A DNA stretch of 64,000 bases from positions 3,104,001 to 3,168,000 of the forward strand of contig OZ220733.1 in the NCBI GenBank assembly GCA_965116875.1, given 5' to 3'. The notes beneath the pieces are model-generated. The model worked only from the letters and a program-made list of their open reading frames with translations. It did not search any database and had not been told where the DNA came from. Made by a program: the position numbers and the translations under genes. The number at the start of each line of letters is the position of its first letter. Position 1 is the first letter of the stretch. Below are positions 39,264-49,400 of the stretch, piece after piece. The stretch is from Candidatus Latescibacterota bacterium (lineage in GTDB: Bacteria > Latescibacterota > UBA2968 > GCA-2709665).

Positions 39264-40034
39264 ATGGCGGAAATTACCGATATTGGCAACGAATTCATCC
39301 GTGACGAGATCGAGGAGTTCCTCGAGCGGGAAGACGAACGGGAGCGGGCGATCGCCACGTTCGCCGGAATCACACCCGAAATGCAGACGATTGCCGCCGC
39401 ACTGATCGACGGCGACCATCACGAAGTGGACGCGTTGACCAAAGCCGCGCTGGATGCCGGAACCGGCGCGCTGGAGGTGATGGACGACGGGTTGATCGCG
39501 GGTATGGGCATTGTGGGGATCAAGTTCAGGGAGAACTTCATCTTCGTTCCGGAAGTGCTGGCGTGCGCGCGTGCGATGAAAGCCGGTATGGCGTATATCG
39601 AACCCATTCTCTCCGCGTCGGGCATCGAGCCGATCGGAACGGTCATCATGGGAACTGTAAAAGGCGACCTGCACGACATTGGAAAGAACCTCTGCATCAT
39701 GATGCTTCGCGGCGCGGGTTTTGTCGTTCACGACCTGGGGGTGGACACGTCTGAGGACGAATTCATGGATGCCGTGGAGGAGCACGGCGCTCCGCTGCTG
39801 GGGATGTCGGCGCTGCTGACCACAACCATGCCCAATATGGGCAAGACGATCGAGGCATTCATCGATGCGGATTTGCGCGAAGACGTCAAGATCATGGTGG
39901 GTGGCGCGCCCGTCACGCAGGAATTCGCCGATGACATGGGCGCCGACGGGTACGGAAAGGACGCGATGGCGTGCGTGGCCCTGGCCAAGGACCTGCTCGA
40001 GGAAATGAAGGAAGAGACCAACCTGAATGCGTGA
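39264..40034 (+). CDS. Corrinoid (cobalamin-binding) protein
   Basis: Cap domain (FVPEVL) plus GTVKGDLHDIGKN, MSALLTTTM, VGGAPVT, GADGY. Confidence 0.95.
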   Translation: MAEITDIGNEFIRDEIEEFLEREDERERAIATFAGITPEMQTIAAALIDGDHHEVDALTKAALDAGTGALEVMDDGLIAGMGIVGIKFRENFIFVPEVLACARAMKAGMAYIEPILSASGIEPIGTVIMGTVKGDLHDIGKNLCIMMLRGAGFVVHDLGVDTSEDEFMDAVEEHGAPLLGMSALLTTTMPNMGKTIEAFIDADLREDVKIMVGGAPVTQEFADDMGADGYGKDAMACVALAKDLLEEMKEETNLNA

Positions 40035-40318
40035 GCCTGACCGTGGACAAGATCGACAAAGAGGAATATCAGAAGCGGCTGGACAAAATTACGGAATTGT
40101 TCGCCGGCATGATCGCCCATGCCGATGAACTCTCAACCGTACGGTGTCCGTACAAGAACCGATTCAACGAATGTACGGCCCGGTTCGGCTGCAGAAACCA
40201 GCGCAGGCCCCGCCCGGGCGGCGCGCTGCTGATGTGTGGCGGGGACGACAAACTCGACTACCGCGGCGCGTGGGAAACGGAGACGGAACTGGGCGCGTTC
40301 GTCGGGAGCGACGAATAG
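40031..40318 (+). CDS. Small four-cysteine protein, function unknown
   Basis: GTG start overlapping upstream stop (GTGA); RCPYKN...C...FGCRNQ...C; fills the gap between the corrinoid protein and activator genes. Confidence 0.7.
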   Translation: MSLTVDKIDKEEYQKRLDKITELFAGMIAHADELSTVRCPYKNRFNECTARFGCRNQRRPRPGGALLMCGGDDKLDYRGAWETETELGAFVGSDE

Positions 40319-40323
40319 AACGC

Positions 40324-41934
40324 ATGGGCACCATATCTTACGATGGCAATCGGAAGACGCTGGCAGCCGGGAAGACGATATTCGACTATGCGGATGAACT
40401 TGCGGTGCAGGTGCCCACTTCGTGCGGCCGCACCGGACACTGTCACGAGTGCGTGGTTGAAATCGGGCGGGGGATGAGCGCACTGCGGCCGCGCAACGAC
40501 GAGGAGTCGTTCCTGCGGGGCAATTACCGTCTGGCGTGCCAGGCGGTGGTTGAAGATGACGGCGCCGATATCGAGTTCTCGCCGTTGAGGCGCAAGCCCA
40601 GGATTCTCTCACATTCCCTGGAAAGACCGCTGGATCCGGACCCCCTGGTCACGCGCCGGGGGGACGTTGTCTGTTATGACGGCGTCACCGTCGACCGGTA
40701 TCGCGGTCACCTGTACGGAATTGCAATCGATCTGGGTACGACAACGGTCGTAATGGACCTGGTGGATCTGACCACGGGCAAGAGCGTCCACGTGAGTTCG
40801 TTCGAGAACCCGCAGCGCTTCGGCGGCAGCGACGTGATGCACCGCATCTCCTACGACGGGGAGTTTCAGGGCGAACTGCAGAAAGCCGTCGTCAACGCGA
40901 TCAATCACGAAATCCTGGATCTGGGAAACCGCTTCGGGTTCGTCCGTCAGGAGGTCTACGAGATCGTTGTGGCGGGAAACGCCACGATGCGGGACATTTT
41001 CTTCAAGCTGGACGTGCAGAGTATCGGCCAGAGACCGTACAAGTCCCGCGTGGAGCACGCCTTTCTCGAGGGCGAGCGGACGACGACTTCCCTGCTGGAG
41101 AGTTCCAGGCGACTGGGCCTGCGCGCCAATCCACGGGCGAAGGTCTACGGGATGCCCCTGATCGCCAGCCACGTGGGGGCGGATACCGCGGCCGACCTCG
41201 TGGCAACGGACCTGACGTCTCAGGATGGGGTGGTGATGCTGGTGGACGTGGGCACCAACACCGAGGTGGTGGTACGAAGCCCCGACCGGCTGCTCACGGC
41301 CTCATGTCCGGCCGGACCCGCTTTCGAGGGCGGGACGGTGCGATACGGGATGCCCGGCCACGAAGGCGCCATCGAGTCGATCCGTCGGGCGGACGGCGGA
41401 TTCCGGTACAGGACCATTGGAAACGTCGAGCCGGAGGGGATTTGCGGGTCCGGGCTGATCGATCTGCTCGCGGAGTTGCGGCGGCACGATCTCATGGCGC
41501 CGAAGGGGATGTTTGCCGACAGGTCCTTCGAGATGCCGGTTGTCCCGGAGTACGGGATCACGCTGTCCCGCGAAGACGCCAGCAATCTGGCACAGGCCAA
41601 GGCGGCGAATTTCTGCGGGCAGTTTATCCTGATGCGGCGCCTCGGAGTGGGGCCGGAAGATATCGACACGCTCTTTCTGGCCGGGGGTTTTGCGAACTAC
41701 GTGAACGTACGCAACGCGATCGAGATCGGGTTTCTGGCGCCCGTCGATGAAGAACGCGTGGTAAAAACGGGAAATGCGGCGGTCCAGGGGGCCCGTGAGG
41801 TCCTGCTTTCGCGTGAGAAACGGGCGACCGTCGAGGCGCTGGTGAAAGACATCGAACACGTCGAACTCGAAACGACACCGGACTTCTTCGAGGTGTTCGT
41901 GGAAGGCTGCCAGTTCAAGCCGATGCTTTTTTAA
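40324..41934 (+). CDS. ATP-dependent corrinoid reductive activator (RamA/RACo-like, 2Fe-2S plus ASKHA)
   Basis: SCGRTGHCHEC...RLACQ; IDLGTTT, DVGTNTE, AGPAFEG, GICGSG, LAGGF. Confidence 0.92.
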   Translation: MGTISYDGNRKTLAAGKTIFDYADELAVQVPTSCGRTGHCHECVVEIGRGMSALRPRNDEESFLRGNYRLACQAVVEDDGADIEFSPLRRKPRILSHSLERPLDPDPLVTRRGDVVCYDGVTVDRYRGHLYGIAIDLGTTTVVMDLVDLTTGKSVHVSSFENPQRFGGSDVMHRISYDGEFQGELQKAVVNAINHEILDLGNRFGFVRQEVYEIVVAGNATMRDIFFKLDVQSIGQRPYKSRVEHAFLEGERTTTSLLESSRRLGLRANPRAKVYGMPLIASHVGADTAADLVATDLTSQDGVVMLVDVGTNTEVVVRSPDRLLTASCPAGPAFEGGTVRYGMPGHEGAIESIRRADGGFRYRTIGNVEPEGICGSGLIDLLAELRRHDLMAPKGMFADRSFEMPVVPEYGITLSREDASNLAQAKAANFCGQFILMRRLGVGPEDIDTLFLAGGFANYVNVRNAIEIGFLAPVDEERVVKTGNAAVQGAREVLLSREKRATVEALVKDIEHVELETTPDFFEVFVEGCQFKPMLF

Positions 41935-41975
41935 AACCGGGGAGAGGTCCCCGGACCAAACACGAGTAGTTTCGC

Positions 41976-43577
41976 ATGGCGACAGCTTCTGAAAAATCCA
42001 ACCCAGCCCCCGACAACGGGCAGAGACGTTCCCTGCGCCACCTGCTCGAGGAAACGGACGAGTTCGTCGTCTGCGTGGAACTGGTCAATTCCCGGGGCGT
42101 GATCACCGAGCGCCGCGGACGCCGGGTCCTGGATCTCGCGCGTGCGCTTGCCGGCCACCCGGGTGTCCACGCGCTGAGCATCACGGACAATCCGGGTGGC
42201 AACGCCACGAACAGCCCGGACACGATGGGGATCGACCTGTTGGAACGGGGGCAAGAGGTCATCATCCACGTTTCGTGCAAGGACTGGAACCGGAACGCGC
42301 TGCTGAGCAGGGGGTGGAAGCTCGCGAGCGAAGGATTCGAAAACGTGCTGGCGTTGTCGGGCGACTATCCCGCGGGAGGATATCGGGGGCAGGCGGAGGC
42401 GGTGTTCGATACCGATTCCGTAGGTCTGTTGAAGATGTTTTCGGAAATGAATGCAGGTATGCACGTTGAAGGCGGCAGAGGCAATCAGGTCCTGATGCCC
42501 ACCCGATTCTTCACGGGCGCCGTGGTAAACAACCACAAGCGGCACGAACGCGAGGTGATGCCGCAATATTTCAAGCTGGCGAAAAAGATCCGGAATGGCG
42601 CCGGATTCATCGTCAACCAGATCGGGTACGACGCGCGCAAGCAGGACGAACTGCTGAAGTATATGGCCCGTAGCGGCCTCCGCACGCCGGTAATTGCGAA
42701 CGTGTACGTGCTGAGCCCCGCCTCGGCCAGATTTTTCCATGCGGGAAATATCCCCGGCGTGATTGTCACCGACGAATTGCTGGAGCTCACGCGGAAACAC
42801 GCCCGTTCCCGCGATAAGGGCAAGGCCTTCTTCCTGGAGTTTGCCGCAAAGCAGTGCGCTGTCGCCAGGGGCCTGGGGTATCGCGGTGTGTACCTTGGCG
42901 GGCACCTGAAGTTCGAAGACTATGCGCGGATCCTTGAGATCTCCGTCGGCTATGGAGACACGGACTGGAAAGACTTCGTTCCCGAAATCTGCTTCCGGCA
43001 GCCGGAAGAGTTCTTCTTCTTTGAACCCGCGGGTGACACCGGGCTGAGTTCGGACGAGGTCAACCACGTGTATCGTCGTTCGAAGCAACCCGAGGTGTTG
43101 AGGGCCGCCAGGAGTCGTGTGCCCGCGGGCTACAAGTTCAACCGCTTCATCCACGACCTGGTCTTCGAGAAGGACAGTCCCGCGTTCCGAATCGGCCGAA
43201 AGTTCTTCGAGGCCGTCGATCGCGCCGGAAGCAGGGTCCGGAGGGCCGTTCATGGCGTCGAGCAGGCGGTGAAGATTCCGGCCTTCGACTGCAGGGACTG
43301 CGGCGACTGTTCGCTGCCGGATATCGCGTTCCTGTGTCCCGAGTCGCAATGCGTCAAGAATCAGCGAAACGGTCCCTGCGGCGGAACCCGGGGGGGCCTG
43401 TGCGAAGTGGGAGAGAGACAGTGCATCTGGTCGCTGGCATACGAGCGGCTGAAGGCCTACGGCGAGGAGGAGACGATGCTGGATGGGCCGGCGGTCTTCA
43501 GGGACGGCGCGATCAAAGGCACCAGCGCCTGGATGAACGCGTTTCTGGAGCGGGACCACCACGCGCACATGGAATGA
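41976..43577 (+). CDS. metF: Methylenetetrahydrofolate reductase fused to C-terminal MetV-like cysteine-rich domain
   Basis: ITDNPGG, HVSCKDWNR, NVLALSGD, KIRNGAGFIVNQ; tail CRDCGDC...CPESQCVKNQRNGPCGG...CEV...CIW. Confidence 0.85.
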   Translation: MATASEKSNPAPDNGQRRSLRHLLEETDEFVVCVELVNSRGVITERRGRRVLDLARALAGHPGVHALSITDNPGGNATNSPDTMGIDLLERGQEVIIHVSCKDWNRNALLSRGWKLASEGFENVLALSGDYPAGGYRGQAEAVFDTDSVGLLKMFSEMNAGMHVEGGRGNQVLMPTRFFTGAVVNNHKRHEREVMPQYFKLAKKIRNGAGFIVNQIGYDARKQDELLKYMARSGLRTPVIANVYVLSPASARFFHAGNIPGVIVTDELLELTRKHARSRDKGKAFFLEFAAKQCAVARGLGYRGVYLGGHLKFEDYARILEISVGYGDTDWKDFVPEICFRQPEEFFFFEPAGDTGLSSDEVNHVYRRSKQPEVLRAARSRVPAGYKFNRFIHDLVFEKDSPAFRIGRKFFEAVDRAGSRVRRAVHGVEQAVKIPAFDCRDCGDCSLPDIAFLCPESQCVKNQRNGPCGGTRGGLCEVGERQCIWSLAYERLKAYGEEETMLDGPAVFRDGAIKGTSAWMNAFLERDHHAHME

Positions 43578-43587
43578 GGGAAGATCG

Positions 43588-44634
43588 ATGAAACTCGAAG
43601 GCCGGGAAGGCGAGTTTATCATCATCGGGGAAAACATCCACACAACGCGGGTTGTCCTGAGAAAGGGACGACTCGTCGTGGAGAATCCCGACGGGGTTGA
43701 GGCCGTCCGCTACTACGACACTCTCAGGCGAAGGCGCTACCTGGCGATTCAGGACGACTTCAAGCGTACGCAGGACTATGAGGAAGGACGCGTCAAACAC
43801 GTGAAGATCGCCGTGCAGGCGGCAATGTCCGGCCATGCGCCGCATTCGGACGACGGGCTGGCGTACCTGCACCGGATGGTTCAGCGCCAGGAGGACGCGG
43901 GTACGGACTACCTGGACCTGAACGTGGACGAGGTCTCGCTGCGTCTGGACGAGCAGAAAGAGGCCATGCGATGGCTGGTGGGGGTCGTGCAGGAGGTAAG
44001 TTCGGTCCCGATCTCCGTGGACTCGTCCAACGTGGAGACGATCGGGGTGGGACTCGAAGCCTGCAATGGAAGGGCGGGACGGCCGCTTCTGAACTCGGCA
44101 TCGCTGGAGCGGCTGGAGGCGCTGGACCTGGCCTTGAGATTCAACGCCAGGGTTGTCGTGACGGCCTCCGGCGAGAGCGGCATGCCGCAGGACGCAAAGG
44201 AGCGCGTTGCGAACGCGTCCCGGATGGTGGACGCTGCGCTGATGAGGAAGATCGCGATCGAGGATGTCTTCGTGGATGCCCTGGTCTTTCCGATTTCCGT
44301 GGACGTCGGCTTCGGTAACCACTGCTTCGAGGCCATTCGCACGCTTCGCGAGAGATTCGGGCCCGGGATTCACGTCACGGGCGGGTTCAGCAACGTTTCG
44401 TTCGGACTGCCGTGCCGGCGCCTGATTAACGACGTGTTCACGATTCTCGCTATTGAGGCGGGAGCGGACAGCGGGATTGTCGACCCGGTCACCAGCAGCC
44501 CGCAGTGCGTCTTCACCATGGACCGGGATACGGAACCGTACCGCCTCGCGGAAGACATGCTTCTGGGCCGGGACCGCATGTGCAAGGCATTTCTGCGTGC
44601 ATATCGGAAGGGTGCGCTCGACGCGTACCGTTAA
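43588..44634 (+). CDS. Pterin-binding methyltransferase (methyl-THF:corrinoid, AcsE/MetH folate-domain-like)
   Basis: IIIGENI, AGTDYLDLN, ISVDS, LLNS, GGFSNVSFGLP, IVDP; ~55-aa insertion after the first strand. Confidence 0.88.
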   Translation: MKLEGREGEFIIIGENIHTTRVVLRKGRLVVENPDGVEAVRYYDTLRRRRYLAIQDDFKRTQDYEEGRVKHVKIAVQAAMSGHAPHSDDGLAYLHRMVQRQEDAGTDYLDLNVDEVSLRLDEQKEAMRWLVGVVQEVSSVPISVDSSNVETIGVGLEACNGRAGRPLLNSASLERLEALDLALRFNARVVVTASGESGMPQDAKERVANASRMVDAALMRKIAIEDVFVDALVFPISVDVGFGNHCFEAIRTLRERFGPGIHVTGGFSNVSFGLPCRRLINDVFTILAIEAGADSGIVDPVTSSPQCVFTMDRDTEPYRLAEDMLLGRDRMCKAFLRAYRKGALDAYR

Positions 44635-44660
44635 TTCTTCAAGGAGGAATCGGGGAGGAA

Positions 44661-45740
44661 ATGAGGACATTTCTCGAGCGGATGGAAGACCCCAGGCCTT
44701 TGGTTTACGACGGGGGATTTGGGTCGGAGTTGTTCAAGGGGCGTATCGAATTGACGAACAGTGCGCTCGCGAATGAATTGCATCCGGCTGCGGTGGTCGA
44801 TATCCATGCCGCATATATAAACGCGGGTACCGACGTCATCGGCACCAACACCTTCGTGGCGTCGCCGCTGCACCTGGAAATGGCGGGCAAAGCGGCCAAC
44901 GAAGCCGGGAAGGTGGCCAGGCTGGCCGTTGAACACGCGAAAACCGCGGTCGAAACGAGCGGCAGGGAGGTCTATATCGCCGGATCCGTCGGCCCTTCGC
45001 CAGGGGCGATCGAGTCGGACGCGGGGGACACGGAGTTCGGCATCGCGGATGTGAAGGTAAGGGCGGCGCACGAACAGGTGATTCACGCGCTGGTGGAGGC
45101 CGGGGTGGACCTGATCTGTATCGAGACCATGTTTTCCGCGAAGGAGGCCGCCATTGCGGCGGACGTGGCGCGGAAGACGGGATTGCCCGTTGCAATCAAT
45201 CTCACGTGCAAGTACACGAAGGACCGCAAGACCGGCGAGGTGGTCTACCGGACGGACTGGGGGCATTCAGCCGGGGATCTCCTGGATTTCCTTGGGTCGG
45301 GTGAATTTTCGGACGGCGATGATCTTCTCGAGTACGTTCGGATTGTCGGCATGAATTGCGGCGCGGAGACCCGGCGGCCGGAACATACGGGGATGGCATA
45401 CGCGATCAACGGGATACGGCAGTTCCGCGAGGCGTTGGCGTCGAGGGGCGATTCAGGTATCGCTCTAATGGCCTATCCCAACGCGGGGCTCCCGCAACTG
45501 GAACGAAAGACGGGACGGACGACGTATTCCCAGACCGCCGAGGACATGGTGCTGTCCGTGCCCGAGTTGATCGACGCAGGGGCCGCCATCATCGGAGGCT
45601 GTTGCGGGACCGGACCGTCGCACATCCGGGCCTTCCACGGGATGATGAACGGGGGGCAGGGGAAGACCGGACACGAGGGCAAGGGTCCCGGCGTCCGCGG
45701 CCGGCAGGACGACGGGAACGGCCTGGGGAAGAAGGGGTGA
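44661..45740 (+). CDS. Homocysteine S-methyltransferase family protein (stand-alone MetH homocysteine domain)
   Basis: DGGFGSEL, TNTF, AGSVGP, IETM, GMNC, PNAGLP, GGCCGT; three zinc cysteines intact. Confidence 0.92.
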   Translation: MRTFLERMEDPRPLVYDGGFGSELFKGRIELTNSALANELHPAAVVDIHAAYINAGTDVIGTNTFVASPLHLEMAGKAANEAGKVARLAVEHAKTAVETSGREVYIAGSVGPSPGAIESDAGDTEFGIADVKVRAAHEQVIHALVEAGVDLICIETMFSAKEAAIAADVARKTGLPVAINLTCKYTKDRKTGEVVYRTDWGHSAGDLLDFLGSGEFSDGDDLLEYVRIVGMNCGAETRRPEHTGMAYAINGIRQFREALASRGDSGIALMAYPNAGLPQLERKTGRTTYSQTAEDMVLSVPELIDAGAAIIGGCCGTGPSHIRAFHGMMNGGQGKTGHEGKGPGVRGRQDDGNGLGKKG

Positions 45741-45743
45741 CCG

Positions 45744-46016
45744 GTGGCTGAATACCAGGTGTTGTACTGGAAGGACGTCCCCGCGCAGGTTCGGGTCTTC
45801 GACGGCAAACGCCGCGTTGCGCGACAGATGCCCGCGGAGTTCCAGGAGGCGATCGACCGGCGAGCGATGGCGGAGGGTCTGGCCGGAACGGACGCGTACC
45901 TGGCGCACTGGCAGTGGAGCGAGCGCCGGGAGCGCCCCGGCGACCCGCAGAAGGTCCTGGATTCCGTGGTAGCGGAGCTTGAACGGACGTACGACGAACG
46001 GGGTCGAATGGAATAG
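45744..46016 (+). CDS. Small protein of the so-called virulence factor family, often near folate/B12 methyl-transfer genes
   Basis: YWKDVPAQV...F.EAIDR.AM..G..GTDAYL..W pattern. Confidence 0.8.
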   Translation: MAEYQVLYWKDVPAQVRVFDGKRRVARQMPAEFQEAIDRRAMAEGLAGTDAYLAHWQWSERRERPGDPQKVLDSVVAELERTYDERGRME

Positions 46017-46038
46017 AGAGTCCAAAGGGTTGTTGGTG

Positions 46039-46079
46039 AAAAAAGAGAGGAGCCGGAATTTCCGGCTCCTCTTTCTATT
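46039..46079. terminator. Intrinsic terminator, probably bidirectional
   Basis: AGAGGAGCCGGAA-T-TTCCGGCTCCTCT palindrome, A-run before and T-rich after. Confidence 0.85.
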
Positions 46080-46116
46080 CATGTGCCGTAGCGGCGCGTG
46101 TTGCGAAGGCGTCGCG

Positions 46117-46356
46117 ATGCAAAATGCAACACGACGTGCAAAATGCATCCTCCCTCCGAAGCCGCACAATTTCCCCCATAAATAACATATAAACAATCAG
46201 ATATATATCATGCGCGTCACGTATTGGTGCCTGCGTTATGGTATTGGGCGTGCATTTTGCATCATCGGGTCCCTTTCTCTTTCCGGCGGTTTCTGTATAT
46301 ATATTATTAATAAACAATAACTTATGTATTTCAGAGCGCGATGGCACGGTCTTTGC
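46117..46356 (+). promoter_or_regulatory. sigma54-type promoter with candidate IHF site and activator-binding repeats
   Basis: TGGCACGGTCTTTGC at 46342-46356 (GG-N10-GC); AAACAATAACTTA IHF-like site at ~46312-46324 in an AT-rich tract; TGCAAAATGCA twice upstream and once inverted at 46251-46261. Confidence 0.75.
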
Positions 46357-46463
46357 CATGTAATATACTCTTTATCTCACGCACATGCGGTCTGCTGCGT
46401 CGGGTTCCATGCGGGCCGTTGTGGCTTTGTCGGGGTGACGTTCAACGATAAGGGAGGGGCGTT

Positions 46464-49400
46464 TTGCGCTATCGTATTCCGGACCTGGGACGCCGGTGTG
46501 GGACGTGTGTCGCGTCGATGTTTGCCGTCATGGTCTTGTGCGCGCCGTCGGTGTGCGGCGCCGGCACGTCGCCTACGGCCCTGCGCGTGACGTTGGAGGA
46601 GAGCGTTGCGGTGATCCGTTGGGAGGCGCCGAGCGAGGACGCGTCGTCGGTGACGAATTACGAGATTGCGTGGGAAGGCTCGCATGACGGAACGCTCCCG
46701 GTGCGATCGGGGGCGATCTGGACGAAGGGTAGGGCGACGACGTGGGACCTGGATCTGTCGTCAAACGGGGGGTTGCGTTATTTATGGTTCAAGGTGCGCG
46801 CGATGCGGGGTCTGGAGGGCAGCGGCTGGACGGACACGATCTACCTGGACGTGGAGGCTGCGAGGCAGCGGCCGCCGTCGGCGCCGGACTCTTTGCGGGC
46901 GCGGCCGGGTGACGGTGCGGTGGCGTTGACGTGGGCGGCTGCTGACGACGCGACGATCACGGGTTACGAGGTGCAGTACGCCGCGGGCGGCGCCACGTCG
47001 CCGCCGGACTGGACGGCCGCGGTGTGGCGTGAGATTGCCGACAGCGATTCGACGACGACGGCGCACACGGTGACGGGTCTGACGAACGGTACGGAATATA
47101 CGTTCGAGGTGCGCGCGAGGAACCCGGCGGGCGCGGGGGATTCGTCGCGCGTGACGGCCACGCCGATCTCCCTGCCGTCGGCGCCGGACTCGCTGCGTGC
47201 GCGTCCCGGCGACGGGCAGGTGACGTTGACGTGGGCGGATGCTGACGACGCGACGATCGCGGGGTATGAGACGCGGTTCACAACCACGGGGTTCACGGGT
47301 CCGCCGGACTGGACGGACGTCTCGTGGGTCGAGATACCGGACAGCGACGCGCGTACGACGACGCACGTGTTGACGGGATTGACGAACGGTGACGTGTATA
47401 CGTTTCAGTTGCGGGCAAGGAACACGGCGGGTCCCGGCGGTCCCGCCACGGTGACGGCGGCGCCGCGTCCGCCGCCGTCGTCGCCGGTGGACCTGCGCGC
47501 GTCGGCGGGCGAGGGTACGGTGAGGTTGACGTGGGACGACGCGGCGGACCCGAGAATCAGGTCTTATGAGACGCGGTACGGCGAGCGCGCGCTGCCGCTG
47601 CCCGAGGCGTGGGAAACGATCGCGGGCAGCGACGGCTTCACGACGAGCCACGCGGTGACGGGGCTGACCGACGGCGTGTTGGTGACGTTCGAGGTGCGCG
47701 CAAGGAACGCGTCGGGCGCGGGGGATTCGTCGCGCGTGACGGCGGCGGCGGGCCGTCCGGTGTCGCCCGACAGCCTGCGCGCGGGCGTGGGCGACGGGCA
47801 GGTGGCGCTGTCGTGGGCGGCGGCGGACAACGCGGCGATCACGGGCTATGAGATGCGTTACGGGGAGACCGCGTCGCCGTTGCCGGCGTGGAGCGACGAA
47901 GCCCATATCGCCGACAGCGACGCTGCCACGGTTTCTCACGCGGTGACGGGGTTGACCAACGGCACGTCGTATACGTTCGAGGTGCGCGCCGTCAGCGCGG
48001 CGGGGTCGGGGGCGTCCGCGCGTGCTTCGGCCACGCCCGTGCGTGCGCCTTTGGCGCCCGGCAACGTGAAGGCGTGGCCGGGGGCCGGAACCGCGGCGGT
48101 GACGTGGGACGATCCGGGCTATCCGGGCATCACGGGTTATGAGACGCGTTACGGGGAAAGCGGGTCGGCGCTGCCGGAGGTCTGGAGCGCGATCGCAAAC
48201 AGCGACGGCAACACGGTGTCTCACGTGGTGACGGGGTTGACCGACGGCGCGTCGTACACGTTCGAGGTGCGGGCCCTCAACGCGGCGGGCGCCGGGCCGT
48301 CGGGCGCCGCCTCGGTGCGGGTGGGCGCGCTGCCGGCGCCGGGCAACGTGAGTGCGACGGCGGGAGCGGGGACGGTGACGCTGGGATGGAACGACGTGGG
48401 CCGTCCGGGCGTGGCGGGCTACGAGACGCGGTACGGGGAACGGGGGTCGGCGCTGCCGGAGGTCTGGAGCGCGATCGCCAAGAGCGACGCCAACACGGTC
48501 TCTCATACCGTGACGGGGTTGACCGACGGCGTGCTGTACACGTTCGAGGTGCGCGCGAAGAACCCCGCCGGGGCGGGACAGGCCGCGCGGGTGACGGCGG
48601 CGCCGGGAACGCCCTCTGCGCCGGGGAACCTGCGGTGGTCGCAGGATGCGGGCACGGTCAGGCTGACGTGGGACGCCGCGGACAACGCGGCGATCACCGA
48701 ATACCAGGTGCGGTACCGCATGGGCGAGACGTGGGACCCGGACTGGACGACGATCGCCGGCAGCGGCGGCAGTACGACGGGCCACGAGATCACGGGGCTG
48801 ACGCGCGTGACGTCGTATACGTTTCAGGTGCGGGCGGTCAGCGCGGCCGGTGACGGCGAGGCGGCCGCGGTGATGCCGATGGCGCCGAAGATGCCCCTTA
48901 ACCTGAGCGCCTACGGGGGCGTGGGGCGGGCGCGGCTGTCGTGGGCGGACCCTGACGACGCGACCATCACGTCGTATCAGGTCCGATACGGGGAGAGCGG
49001 GTCGGCGCTGCCGGCGTGGACCGCGGCGCACGACGTGGCCGGCAGCGACGCCGCCACGACGGAGCACACCGTGGAACCCCTGACGTCGGGCACACCGTAT
49101 GCGTTCGAGGTGCGGGCGAAGAACACGGCGGGGCCGGGACCGGCAGCTAGCGCGGCGGCCACGCCCGTGCCGGGGGCGCCTGCAAACCTGGAAGGGAGAC
49201 CGGGCAACGGCGTGGTGACGCTGTCGTGGACGGACCCGGAGGACGCCGGGATCACCGGCTACGAACTCGTCCACTACGCCGGGGCGGCGCGGCCGTCGCC
49301 GGCCGTCTGGCGGGAAATCGACAACAGCGGGCCGGCCACGGTCAGCCACGCCGTGCCGGACCTGACCAACGGCACAGCGTACACGTTCGAGGTGAGGGCG

